NCBI RefSeq assembly: GCF_964204645.1
Contig: NC_134029.1
Coordinates: forward strand, 24,050,950-24,114,949
Origin: Tubulanus polymorphus
Lineage: Eukaryota > Animalia > Nemertea
Reading direction: 5' to 3'
DNA length: 64,000 bases
Shown here: piece by piece, positions 14,569 to 25,712 of the stretch
Position numbering within the stretch: position 1 is the first letter of the stretch
How the letters are laid out: each line of letters starts with the position of its first letter
Notes under the pieces: generated by a model
Databases searched by the model: none
What the model saw: only the letters and a program-made list of their open reading frames with translations
What the model was told of the DNA's origin: nothing
Translations under genes and position numbers: made by a program

Positions 14569-17500
14569 CTCCCCGCACTAAAACCAGAGATAAACTTGGC
14601 CAAATACTCTGGAAAGCGTAAGATTTAATGAATCAATCTGATTTAAATTTTTACTCTTTAAGATTTGACCCGGCCGGCCACCTATCTACCAAGGTATTAC
14701 TTTAAAATCATGATCAAGCTAACCATAACAGACCCGGCAGATAGAAATTAACTGATTACAAATTTCATTGATTTATGAAATGACCCGGCCGATCAGGAAA
14801 AACAAGGTATCATTTTTAGCCTTATAATAATGACTTAGATTATTCAATGATAAAATCACTAGCTTTTAATATCACATATCATGCAAGGTATTTCAAGGTT
14901 TTTATTCAAATTTCCACTGCAACTGATTCATATAATTTGAATCAATAGGAAAATAACAAAATTACACAAAGAATTGTAAACTTTGATCCATAATACACCG
15001 ACAATTGGGACTAGTCTGAATCTCTAAGACTATTTATTAATTTGACATTTCATGATGTCACCGGGCATAAGTGACACTTGATTATTTCATGAAATATGAA
15101 GCATTCTATCATATCAACTATTCAGCAAATGACAATGTAAGAAAGATTTCTGTTTATACAAAAAACTGCAAAACAAAAACTGCAAAACATATATCCATAT
15201 CTCCAGTATATAAACATTTTAAAGCTGGACATAAAACCACAAATTCATTCAAATAATCAATCTCTAATTTCATTTCATTAACATTATTTTTACAAGAAAA
15301 CTGAAATTTTGCAAACTTTGCTTTGTATTCGAGGATTCAGTTCTTCGCACTTGAAAAAAAAAACAGTTCATCATAAAAGCATTACAATCAGAGATAAAAC
15401 CTAAAGATTAACTCTGGAAAGCTTGAGATAAGCTAATCAATCTTTATTTTCATTTTCATTAAAATAATTTTCCAAGATAATTAGAGTTTTTCTAACTTTG
15501 CCTAAGATTTTCAAACATTATCAGTTCGCTCATTTAATACAACGTTATATCAGGGAAAACATGACAATAATTTTACTATCGATAACTAATCACGTTTATA
15601 GCTGTTTAACATTCTTTCTAAAAAAGAATAATATGTATCTCCCAGATATTATCCCTAAAACAATTAACAGTTACAGTAGTGATAGGGTGTGATATATAGG
15701 TAAATGGACGCATGATCTTTCATCAGTTATTAGAAGCATTCTATCGAAACAGATATTTTTTTAGTGTGTTTGATTAAGTTAAGGTTTATGGTTATTTGTT
15801 TTGTTTATTACAATAACTGAGTAGATAGAATGCTTAAAACAACAACAGAAAAGATCTCGGGTTTTCACTTTTCTTAGGGAAGGTTGTTCGATAAATGAGA
15901 AAACCTTTTCGATAGATATTTGAAAAAATGCCTTTTCATGTAAATAGAGTATTAATTTGTTGTTTGTTTGTATTGTTGCTTATTATTAGATCTATTTTTT
16001 TTTTAAATATTATTCATTTATTTATGAACTTGTATTTTTTATTATTTACTATCTATTATTTATAATTTTTTATTTATTGGTTTTTCTTATTTATTCATGT
16101 ACTTGTATTTTGTATCATGTATTATTTATACTCCTCTATTTACAACTGCAGGCATTTTTTCACAGTAAAGTTCTGGGCCCATTCTAAAAAAGCACTACTA
16201 ATTCACTGCCGCTTCTTAATAATCATTATACACCCGATTTGAAGCTAAGTGATTATTCACGAGAACCATCTCGTGATATGGATTTCCCATAACAATAAAA
16301 GAATTTCAAACAGCTATAAACAATGTTAAAACGTTCAAAATTAGTCCTAGCTTTAACTTTAGCTTTACCTCTCAAATGTAAATAATGGTCTCCTTTTAGA
16401 TAAAGCTTTTGCTTTCAAATACGTAGCATTGAACAGATTGATGGAGGCTCAAAGTTAAAACTCCATGTGAAAATCGACATATATGATTCATTTCTCAAAT
16501 TGGTTACACGGGCCTTCGAAAATATCAATCTAACCTAACTCGACTTATCTATCAACAAAAGATCGAAGACCAATATCGTGAATTAATGGAGCTTAGCTTT
16601 TATTACACTCTAAGAAGGATATTTCTGTCACATTGCAAAACACATGACACATCTTTTTACAAACTCATTATAAAATAGTTTTCTCTATATTGAAATATTC
16701 AAACGTAGAGTTCCTTTCTCAGGCCGAAGGAACCTAATTATCGAACTAATTATCTAACTATTTTCAATATTCGACTCAACAACTATTTTCATACTCCATT
16801 CCACGCAATCAGGTAAATTTTTTAAACTATGTTACCTATCAGACTGGTCTGAAAAAGGGTGATATTAGTAAAAAAATCAATACTCTACTACAGAGGTCTT
16901 TGCCGCTGCTAGATCTCAGTGCTAGATCTCAGAGATAAACCATTGTCTTTGCTGCTTCGGTGTTTATCCTGAATCAGATTTTATAAGATAATCCATTGTC
17001 TTTGCTGCGCGGATCAGTGTTTATAAGATACACTATCATCTCTGCTGCTCCTGATAAAATGTTTTATAGAAATCAACCACCGATTGTAGAAGATTCCATC
17101 GTTGAGTGATTAATCCGTTGCTGGCTCCTAAACTTCTCATCTGGGCTTCGGCAGTTTTCATCAGCAAATGGGTCCATGGGTATTTGTCTACTTGTGTCTT
17201 CTTCAGGCCATTATTTCCGGGATGTAGTTTGACTGAAACAAAGTGAAGAAAGCAAAACATTTTAGACAGATTTATCATAACTTACATGTCATTTCAAATT
17301 ACAAGCCACCGTGTTTTTCACTTAGTTAATATAGTTATTTCCAAAATCAGAATTAGGTTCATTGACGTCAATTGCCGATTTAAACCCCAATAAATAATTG
17401 CAGTAGTAGGACTAGTTCACCAATTTTTAAGCTTGGAGAAATCATTTGAAAAATTTATTACTCCAAGGTGTAAGACTAGTAAAGATAAAAGTTCTAAGAT

Positions 17501-18073
17501 CAGCCATGTGGACAGGTAAATAGATTTCGATGATAATTACTTATCAAATGATATTCATATGAGGCCTGAAATTTCTATATACCGGTAATTTCCATCTAAT
17601 GAGTTTGATTCTTCTGTGGGTTGTTCAAATCCGTAGATTTCAGATGAGTAGTTGATTTTAAGCTGGTTTCTTTCTTATAGTTGAAACTTAGCTGCAATGA
17701 GTAAATAAATATATCCTGTAATCATGACATTTAGAAATCATTGTAATAACTCCATGTATATCAAGTTACCTTTTATGATTGCTGGTTTCATCATCGACGA
17801 GGATCTCCTAAGTCGGTTGGTTTCTGTGCACTGTTCTCTAATCGGCATATTTTTGATGAGTTGTTGACCTCAAACTCTCGTTTGACTTTACGAGTTGGTG
17901 TCCCTTACAAACCTACCACACCTGCCGGGAGCGAAACGGTGGTTTTTTTCAAAATCGGAAATCGAAGTACAGATATAGTTGCGTGATCGGCGGTCGTTTT
18001 TACAGATCTTTTTTTTAAGTCCAAGAACATAATTGGTAATTCGGTTCCGGTTCATTCAAACAATCTTTTATTC

Positions 18074-19010
18074 TGCCTAATTCTGATTTTGGAAATAACT
18101 AGTCCGAAAGTTTACAATGTTTTATAATTTTGTCTAACTTCAATTTTTTTGGTCGTTTTCACCGTTTAAATAGTCGAAGCACATATTAAGTGACTGATTG
18201 GGGTTAACTTTTTTGCTGCCTAATTTAATACATCGAGATTTTGGAAATAACTATATTCTACAATATTTGGTCTTTTTCTCATTTAACTAGTCCGAAAGTT
18301 TACAAGGTTGAATAATTTTATCTATTTTTTTCTGCCTAATTTAATACATTGAGATTTTGGAAATAACTATATTTTACAATATTTGGTCTTTTTTTCATGT
18401 AACTAGTCCGAAAGTTTACAAGGTTGGATAATTTTATCTATTTTTTTTCTGCCTAATTTAATACATCGAGATTTTGGAAATAACTATATTTTACAATATT
18501 TGGTCTTTTTTTCATGTAACTAGTCCGAAAGTTTACAAGGTTGAATAATTTTATCTATTTTTTTCTGCCTAATTTAATACATCGTGATTTTGGAAATTAC
18601 TATATTTTACAATATTTGGTCTTTTTCTCATTTAACAAGTCCGAAAGTTTACAAGGTTGAATAATTTTATCTATTTTTTTCTGCCTAATTTAATACATTG
18701 AGATTTTGGAAATAACTATATTTTACAATATTTGGTCTTTTTTTCATGTAACTAGTCCGAAAGTTTACAAGGTTGAATAATTTTATCTATTTTTTTCTGC
18801 CTAATCTAATACATCGTGATTTTGGAAATAACTATATTTTACAATATTTGGTCTTTTTCTCATTTAACTAGTCCGAAAGTTTACAAGGTTGAATAATTTT
18901 ATCTATTTTTTTCTGCCTAATTTAATACATTGAGATTTTGGAAATAACTATATTTTACAATATTTGGTCTTTTTTTCATGTAACTAGTCCGAAAGTTTAC
19001 AAGGTGGGAA
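18074..19010. repeat. ~116-117 bp tandem repeat array (~7 full copies plus a partial one)
   Basis: Unit tgcctaatttaatacatcgagattttggaaataactatattttacaatatttggtc...aactagtccgaaagtttacaaggttgaataattttatctattttttc recurs at ~18217, 18333, 18450, 18566, 18682, 18798 and 18914. Confidence 0.95.
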
Positions 19011-19375
19011 AATATTGTGTAACTTTAATTTTTTTGTCATTTTCACCGTTTAAATTTGTCCAATTTTTTAAAGTTTATTGTAGTTTCTCTCGAGTATGTC
19101 TGGAATCGAAGTACATAATTGGGAAATTCGATTCCGGTTCATTCAAACTATCTTCCAATCAGTCTGAAACGGCAAGCTGAAGAAAAGATCAGAACCTTTT
19201 GAGCAGAAAATCCTTTCAAATATCACTGATCATAATTATCATGTCAATTCATATATAAGATCAGCAATGTGGATCGATACGTAGATTTCAATAATAGTCT
19301 TAAATGATATTTATGAAATTCAACTCATATAGTAATTCATCTATATTCTAAATATCTAAGCAATGGTTGATTATT

Positions 19376-19422
19376 AGAGTTTAACAACAATTCAACTAAA
19401 GCATCTATAGTCATCTCTAGGA
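19376..19422 (-). mobile_element. Highly degenerate copy of the hammerhead-bearing repeat
   Basis: Reverse complement cctagagatgactatagatgctttagttgaattgttgttaaact aligns with cctgaagatgactat...agtcgaaacgttgaataaact. Confidence 0.5.
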
Positions 19423-22400
19423 ATACCAGAGTTACAACAAATTTAGTAATGCATAATCAATCTTATCAAATCGTTTTTGAACTGTTTTCTCTTCTATCTT
19501 CTTGAAATTCTTGATGTGTCTTTTATTGAAACCCAGGCCCATCATACAGTGCAAACCTGCTAGTAATATTGGCCTATATATATTTCAATTGTCAGCTTAA
19601 CCATGTTCGTATTATCAAATTAACTTCATCGTCAATTAATAAACCTGAGAGATGTTTTCTACCCACAGACGGCGACATCTGTACCCAGTGAATGGTATTC
19701 TAATCCATTTCATTAATTCTAAATATTGCTCCCATGATTTTGTAATTATGATAATATAACTAACTGAAGAGTGAGTGCGCTGCCAGCATTGAGCACACTG
19801 ATCCTATAAGTAACATGGTTCTTAAGATTTAAGAAACCTCGAATCATTCCCACAACTCGACAAATCCAGAATTCTGCAAAGCCTTAAAGATTCAATAAAT
19901 CCCACGCACAAGAGACAGAGTTAAAACATACCCAGTATTCTTTATATATCAATTAATAATATTAAAATAATATTAAATATATTAAATAATACAGTTGTCT
20001 TATCAACCCCTATGGTTTAGATTTGAGCACTTTTACCTTATATGAAGATGCTGAATTAGATACCTAATCAATTAGTTAATCGATAATGTCCTAGCTATAA
20101 TTGAAAATGTCTCGGACAATATTTTATATGGGGCTTGAAATTTCTACACGAGAAGAATTTCAGATCCGGTACGAATTTGAATTAATCACTATTTGAACTG
20201 CTAATTTTGCATCAGAGCTTTTGATACCTAGCTTAACTAACCCAGAATCCCCCAAAACCTAACTGATTCAACAGATCCCACACACACATGTGGCCCAGTT
20301 AGACGCAGATGACATTGCGTGATACAGTCGTCTCATCCACTGTGCAATTTTGAATAAGTTTCACTTATATTCATTACATTGGATTAATTTTAATTAAATT
20401 CTAGGTATTTAAGCGAACCATTAATTAGTAATCATACTAGCTATATTTTAATTGTCAGTTGAACAATATTTATATGGAGCCTGAAAATCTACATGAGTAG
20501 AATTTCAGATGTGGTGAATTCGTCACTATTTGAATTCATCAGAAATTAAAAATAAAAAAACAAATTTTCAGTGGTGAAATTCCCTTAGCCGAATGGCTAA
20601 ATAATCTTTATTTCCCTTATATAGTACACTGTGTATAAGGACGAAAAGACCTTGTTATGACCGGACCTCCCTGGTGCGGTGCGAGTCATGATGCTAGAAA
20701 ATAGTTTGAAGGAGAGGGGTTAGTAAAAGAGAGCTATTAGCAAGAGGAATAAGACCTAAGTTTAGGATATCCTGTCAGAATAAGGCTTTCAATCTGACAT
20801 ACACAGTGAAATTGAAATATTCCCCCTTCCAAATCCAGGAATGTATTTGTGCACAGATTCGATCGGAAGTAAATCTGCGTTAAATGATTTTGGCAATATG
20901 TATCAAAACTAATACAGCTGTATGAAGACACCATAGGTTCACTTAGATACAGATAAATAAATGTGCTCAGATACACATGTATCAGCTACATTTTAAATGT
21001 CCATGGAATTAGAAATAATTTCACATAACAATTGCATTAACCTTAATCCATCTAAGTAATACGTTAATGAGTAATTCATCTTAGATTCTAATTTTCAGTT
21101 AAACTATATCTAATATGCGTCACTTGACACACAGTATGGCTTTTAGATATTAATTGAATCAGTTAGGTTTGAGTAAATTTTGCCAATAATGAAAAACATG
21201 GCTAGTCGTAAGCGCAGCAGTTGGCGATACAGAACTAATCAGTCAATGAGACTGATTCATTTATAGATGTGCTCAATATATTATATATTTCAGCTATATT
21301 TCAATAAATATTTATGATATAAAAAGTTTTTGATCTAACATCAAATATTGAATTCATCTTAATTGTGAATATCTAAGCCATTTTTCCTGGCTGTATGCTA
21401 ATTGTCAGTCAAACAACAATTATCATGCGTCGCCCAAAACAAGACACAGTGTTTCAGGAATGAATTAAATCAATTAAAGCTTTGGTTTATTCTGGATTTA
21501 TCAAAGTGTTGCGACCAAATCACTGTTTCATAAAGACCCGTAGTCCAAAGTTTTCCCCATATAACACCAGACCTCGATAGAGCCCTAGACACTATCTTAT
21601 GAAATTCATTACTGTTATGTGTGCGACAGCACACAGTATTTACTATAAAGTATGGCCTCAATCTTTATAAATTTATCAATATATTATTTGTAAAGAAAAA
21701 TCTATTAACCGATGATAAAGTTTAATTGATCGGCCTAAATGTAATGGGGCCTTGAAATATCTACACCAAAAGAATGTCTCATCAAACATTACAAGATATT
21801 GAATTGCTAATTAGTAACTTGTCCTATCTATATCTTGATTGTCAGTTAATTAATAGTCATATGAGGCCTGAAATATCTACGGTACATTCGAATAATTTCA
21901 AATGCCACATAAGATATTGAATTTACCTTACTTGTACGTACTTACAAAATCTTTTAATCAATAACTGACCAATCTACATTTTAATTATCAGACCAAAGAA
22001 TATTTAAGGGACCTCACTCAATCATTTCGTCTAATATTGTAAATATTCAAGCAATCATTGCCTAGCTATATTTCAATTCACTACCGGCCACAGAGCTTCA
22101 ATAAAGTAGTGCGGAGATGGTGAGCTTGACCAGCGCCTATGCATTCTACCCCAGATATGAAAAATCAACTTAGCTTTATGTTTGTACTCCTGTTGCCATG
22201 CAGGATGAGGTCAAGACTGCCAGGTTCGGTTGCGGCAGGTCTTTCGGTGTTTGGTGGTACTTCAAGGTGGAGTCTTTTGTGGTCACTTCTGGTCGGCAGT
22301 TTTTAGATGGGCCTTTCCGGATTAACCTGAAATGAGTAAAAGAACGCTATTCTGTAGTTACACAATCCTTTCCGTATCATGCATCGTAATTTACATGTGT

Positions 22401-22537
22401 ATCAACTTAACTTTCAATATTGCTGAGTTCAGTGTTCTTTTTTGGCATCATCTTCGTTGTAGTCACCTTCAGCATCTTCTTTTTCATCTTGGGAGTCCTG
22501 AAATGAAAAAAAGAGAAGAGCGATGAAAACCTGGTAC

Positions 22538-22773
22538 GGAACAAAACTAACGTCTGAAAGCTTTTCAGCTCTCCGTCGCCGGTCACATGCCGAGAACACC
22601 AGACAATGAGCCAGCCAGGAATATACTGCCCTCTACACGCCCTCACACAGAACGCGAAAACCAGAATGACAACGCCTCACATTCCCCATCTAACTGCAGG
22701 ATGTACTGGGCAACGTCAGTAACTGACACACCTGTAAAATTGCACGAAACACAAATAGCGCAGTACAACCAGC
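22538..22773 (+). mobile_element. Non-LTR retrotransposon (RTE-like) 3' fragment, left arm of an inverted pair
   Basis: Diverged reverse complement of 23082-23313 (ggaacaaaactaa...ctgccctctacacgccctca...). Confidence 0.65.
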
Positions 22774-22779
22774 TTGACC

Positions 22780-23080
22780 GGGTTGAGATTCAGGATCTCA
22801 ACTAGCACTCAAAAGCGTGACAAGAGACTTCATCCACTGACCGAGGTTGTCACAAGGACACAATGAAACTAGCACTCACAAGCCGACGAGAGACTTCATC
22901 CACTGACCGGGGTTGTCACAAGGACACAATGAAAACTAGTACTCAAACTAGAAATCAAAGAGCGTGACAGTAGAATCATCCCTCAGCCGACTCAGAATAC
23001 CAGAAACAAAGAGCGTGACAGTAGAATCATCCCTCATCCGGGTGGTCACAAGGACACAATGAATGCTAGTAGCGTGACAA
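22780..23080. repeat. ~67-bp degenerate tandem repeat between the inverted LINE arms
   Basis: actagcactc...gagacttcatccactgaccg.ggttgtcacaaggacacaatgaa occurs twice, followed by shorter variants (aagagcgtgacagtagaatcatccctca twice). Confidence 0.85.
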
Positions 23081-23081
23081 T

Positions 23082-23313
23082 CCAGTATAACCGCTCCATT
23101 TGTATCCCGCGCAATCCCGCAGATATGCCCGTCATTGACATCACTCAGCACACTTTGTAGATAGGTGGGGGCAGTGAGGCCTCGTCATCCTAGTTTTCGT
23201 GTTCCGTATGAGGGCGTGTAGAGGGCAGAATTTCCTGACCGACTCTTTGTCTGACATCCTCGACACATGACCGGCAAAGGAGAGCTGACGCTTTCGGACA
23301 TTAGTTTTGTTCC
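23082..23313 (-). mobile_element. Non-LTR retrotransposon (RTE-like) 3' fragment, right arm
   Basis: Encodes VRKRQLSFAGHVSRM, then after a frameshift ALYTPSYGTRKLG. This resembles the R..L...GHV.RM...G.R..GRP C-terminal block of RTE-clade ORFs. Frameshifts and stops are present. Confidence 0.65.
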
Positions 23314-24880
23314 AGCAAACGTTGAAATTCGACAGAGAAATCGGCCCTGAAAAATTAAACGGATTAGAACCTGAAAAATAGAATGGATTAATAAACACGG
23401 AACAGTACAGGACAGCACGGAGACGAACAGTAACACATAAAACATAAAGACGTCGTTCCTCAGGAAGCAGGAACAGGAGCAGGAGCGGGAGCGCAGCGAA
23501 AATCGCCAGGAGGAGAATCCACGGTAGCATGTTCACAGTGTGAGTAAGCTGAGGTGAATGGTCTATGCTTGTGTACACCGTGGTCAGCCGGTGACGTGTT
23601 CAATAGCGCGTGTCAGAATGATATCAACAACTCTGAAAACCCGCAATTGTGTCTCTATTGTTAATGGATTTACATTATGAGGTTCCACCGCCGGGTTGAA
23701 TACGCGCTAGTAGTCAGCTGAACAATATACGTAGTGGAGGAACTTAAGGCCATGAAATAAATTACTTGATTGCCAATAGCTACTTCCGAATTTATTAGCC
23801 ACCGCCTGTTTTTTTTCTTAAATTCTAGAATAATTTATAAATTATACCGACCGATAGCACTTCAGTTTAAGATTCACACCAACACAGGTCTTCATATCAT
23901 AGAAACCGCGAAAACATTTACTAATGAAATTAGTTTATTAGTCACAACTACGAAAGGACAGTTCATGCACCCCGAGACAACTAACTCACACCATGCACGA
24001 GGAAAGCAGTCTATTTGAATCATTGGGGGAAACCCACTAATACCATGTATTCACGATTAATCATCATTCATACTGTTATCACAGAATCCCGTCAATAATC
24101 AGATTTTCATTTTAAAAAAACTCCTTGATTCAATTGAGGGGAGACATATTAGGCTTTTTTAATTACTTGGAGCACCGATCCTCTGAAATTCTGCCAAAAA
24201 CTTCATGCTTACCACTCATAATTAGAAAAAAAGAAATTGTTTTCTTTAATTTGGATACTGGATTAAACGGTACATCATGTAAATTTAGGAAAGTCCATAT
24301 TAGAATTTCGTTTCTTGTTCCAATTTACTCTTATCCCATTTTTTGATTTTGGTCAGAGTATGGCGCGGTATCAAATCATGCGGTCAGTCTGTCCATGAGG
24401 ATGCTAGTTGTGATAAGTCAGACAAGTCATGATTAGGCATTGATGCAATTGACTATAGAGAAAAACTGCCACCTGCCACTTTTTTCCGCATTAAGTGTTA
24501 AATTTTGCTTAAGCCTACAAAAATCATGTCATCATTGATGCCGGTCCTCTGATAGAAGAAAAATAAACTCAAAAGAAAAACCATTCAGTAAATGATAATA
24601 ATAATATTGAGTTTATTAATCACAATGCAATAAAAGTGGTAATTTTCAATTTGCCTCGTGCAAATTCATACGCTCGCTGTTGTTATGTGTCTCTGGTGAA
24701 TCCTTTCAGTTCCTAATCTTTGTTTCTTGGTGAAATAATGTACGTTCGATATTGACCCTCGCCTGCAATGACTCTCGCCTTTCTTTCCCGCCACCTGAAA
24801 TAATAAAAAGAAAGTATTTCTTAGTGGTTAATTATTGATGTCGAAAAGTCTGTGAAACATTCTTTGAATTTAGAAAATTA

Positions 24881-25037
24881 TACAGCGGAACCTCGTTGCA
24901 ACGAACTTCAGGGCACCAGAAAATCTGTTAGTTATAATTCGTTATATCAAGTGTGGAAATAATTGATATTGTCTTATCTGGAATGAAATTCTAGTTTTGT
25001 TATAACTGATAAATTGTATAAACGAGGTTCCACTGTA
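24881..25037. mobile_element. Tc1/mariner-type MITE
   Basis: TA-CAGCGGAACCTCGTT ... AACGAGGTTCCACTG-TA terminal inverted repeats with a TA target duplication. Confidence 0.85.
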
Positions 25038-25712
25038 AACAGAGTTCTACAGATGGTGAAAATATCTCAGAATTCATTGTCTCAATTCAGGTTGAAATTC
25101 CGAATAAATCCGTGACTGAAATATCTAAACATACGTGAAATAAACAATCACCAAATTTTAGATTTAGAAGGAAGGGGAGCCTAACATCCACCAAATATCC
25201 TCATAAATCAACCCTTCCGGAAATTTGTTTATAAACTCTACTAGGGCAGGAAGAAATAATGACCTACGAAACTGGGTTGTCTAAATTCAATATTAAACCT
25301 CATTAAAATCACTTGAAAACGCGTTTTAATAAATTCAGGTTCTATTCTGACTGCGAATGTAGAGTAGGTGGACATTTCAATTCAATTCAATTCATATTGA
25401 TCCTTGTCGAAACATTACAACATCAGATATACAACAATAAAGTGAACACATTACAATCACAGTTACAAACAAGAGAGAGAGAGAGAGAAGTTTAAAAAGG
25501 GAAGAAAGAGAGAAAAAAGAAACAAAAACACATATAACAAAATATGGTCAGGCGACCAGTCTACATTCGATATAGATCGGTAACCAGTCTAGCTCGGATT
25601 CGCGCTAGAGGGCAGTTCTTGCGAACGCGGAAATAAACGTGAAAACGAACTAGGCCTAACGAGAATAAAATAATAAATCGGGTTATATCACCGATTGATT
25701 CGATATAAAAAA

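Larger units (their letters stand above)
14355..25263 (-). ncRNA. Candidate spliced long non-coding (or orphan) transcript divergent from the NTMT1 promoter
   Basis: Several well-formed minus-strand introns (17285-17233, 17769-17692, ~22394-22327, 24671-24549) and extra acceptors near 25264, 24795, 23372, 23349, 22498 and 19177. AATAAA near 14355. No continuous ORF. Boundaries are approximate. Confidence 0.4.

Noticed and set aside
18074-19010. CRISPR-like array
   Set aside because: Whole units are near-identical head-to-tail repeats with no variable spacers.
20633-20660. gtataaggacgaaaagacctt resembling mitochondrial 16S rRNA
   Set aside because: The match is only about 15 nt and the flanks do not continue any rRNA similarity I can recognise.
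23141-23578. 145-aa ORF with a signal-peptide-like MLPWILLLAIFAALPLLLLFLL
   Set aside because: The hydrophobic stretch comes from a (CAGGAR)n low-complexity tract, and the frame runs through splice acceptors into a frameshifted LINE remnant. There is no support as a real gene.
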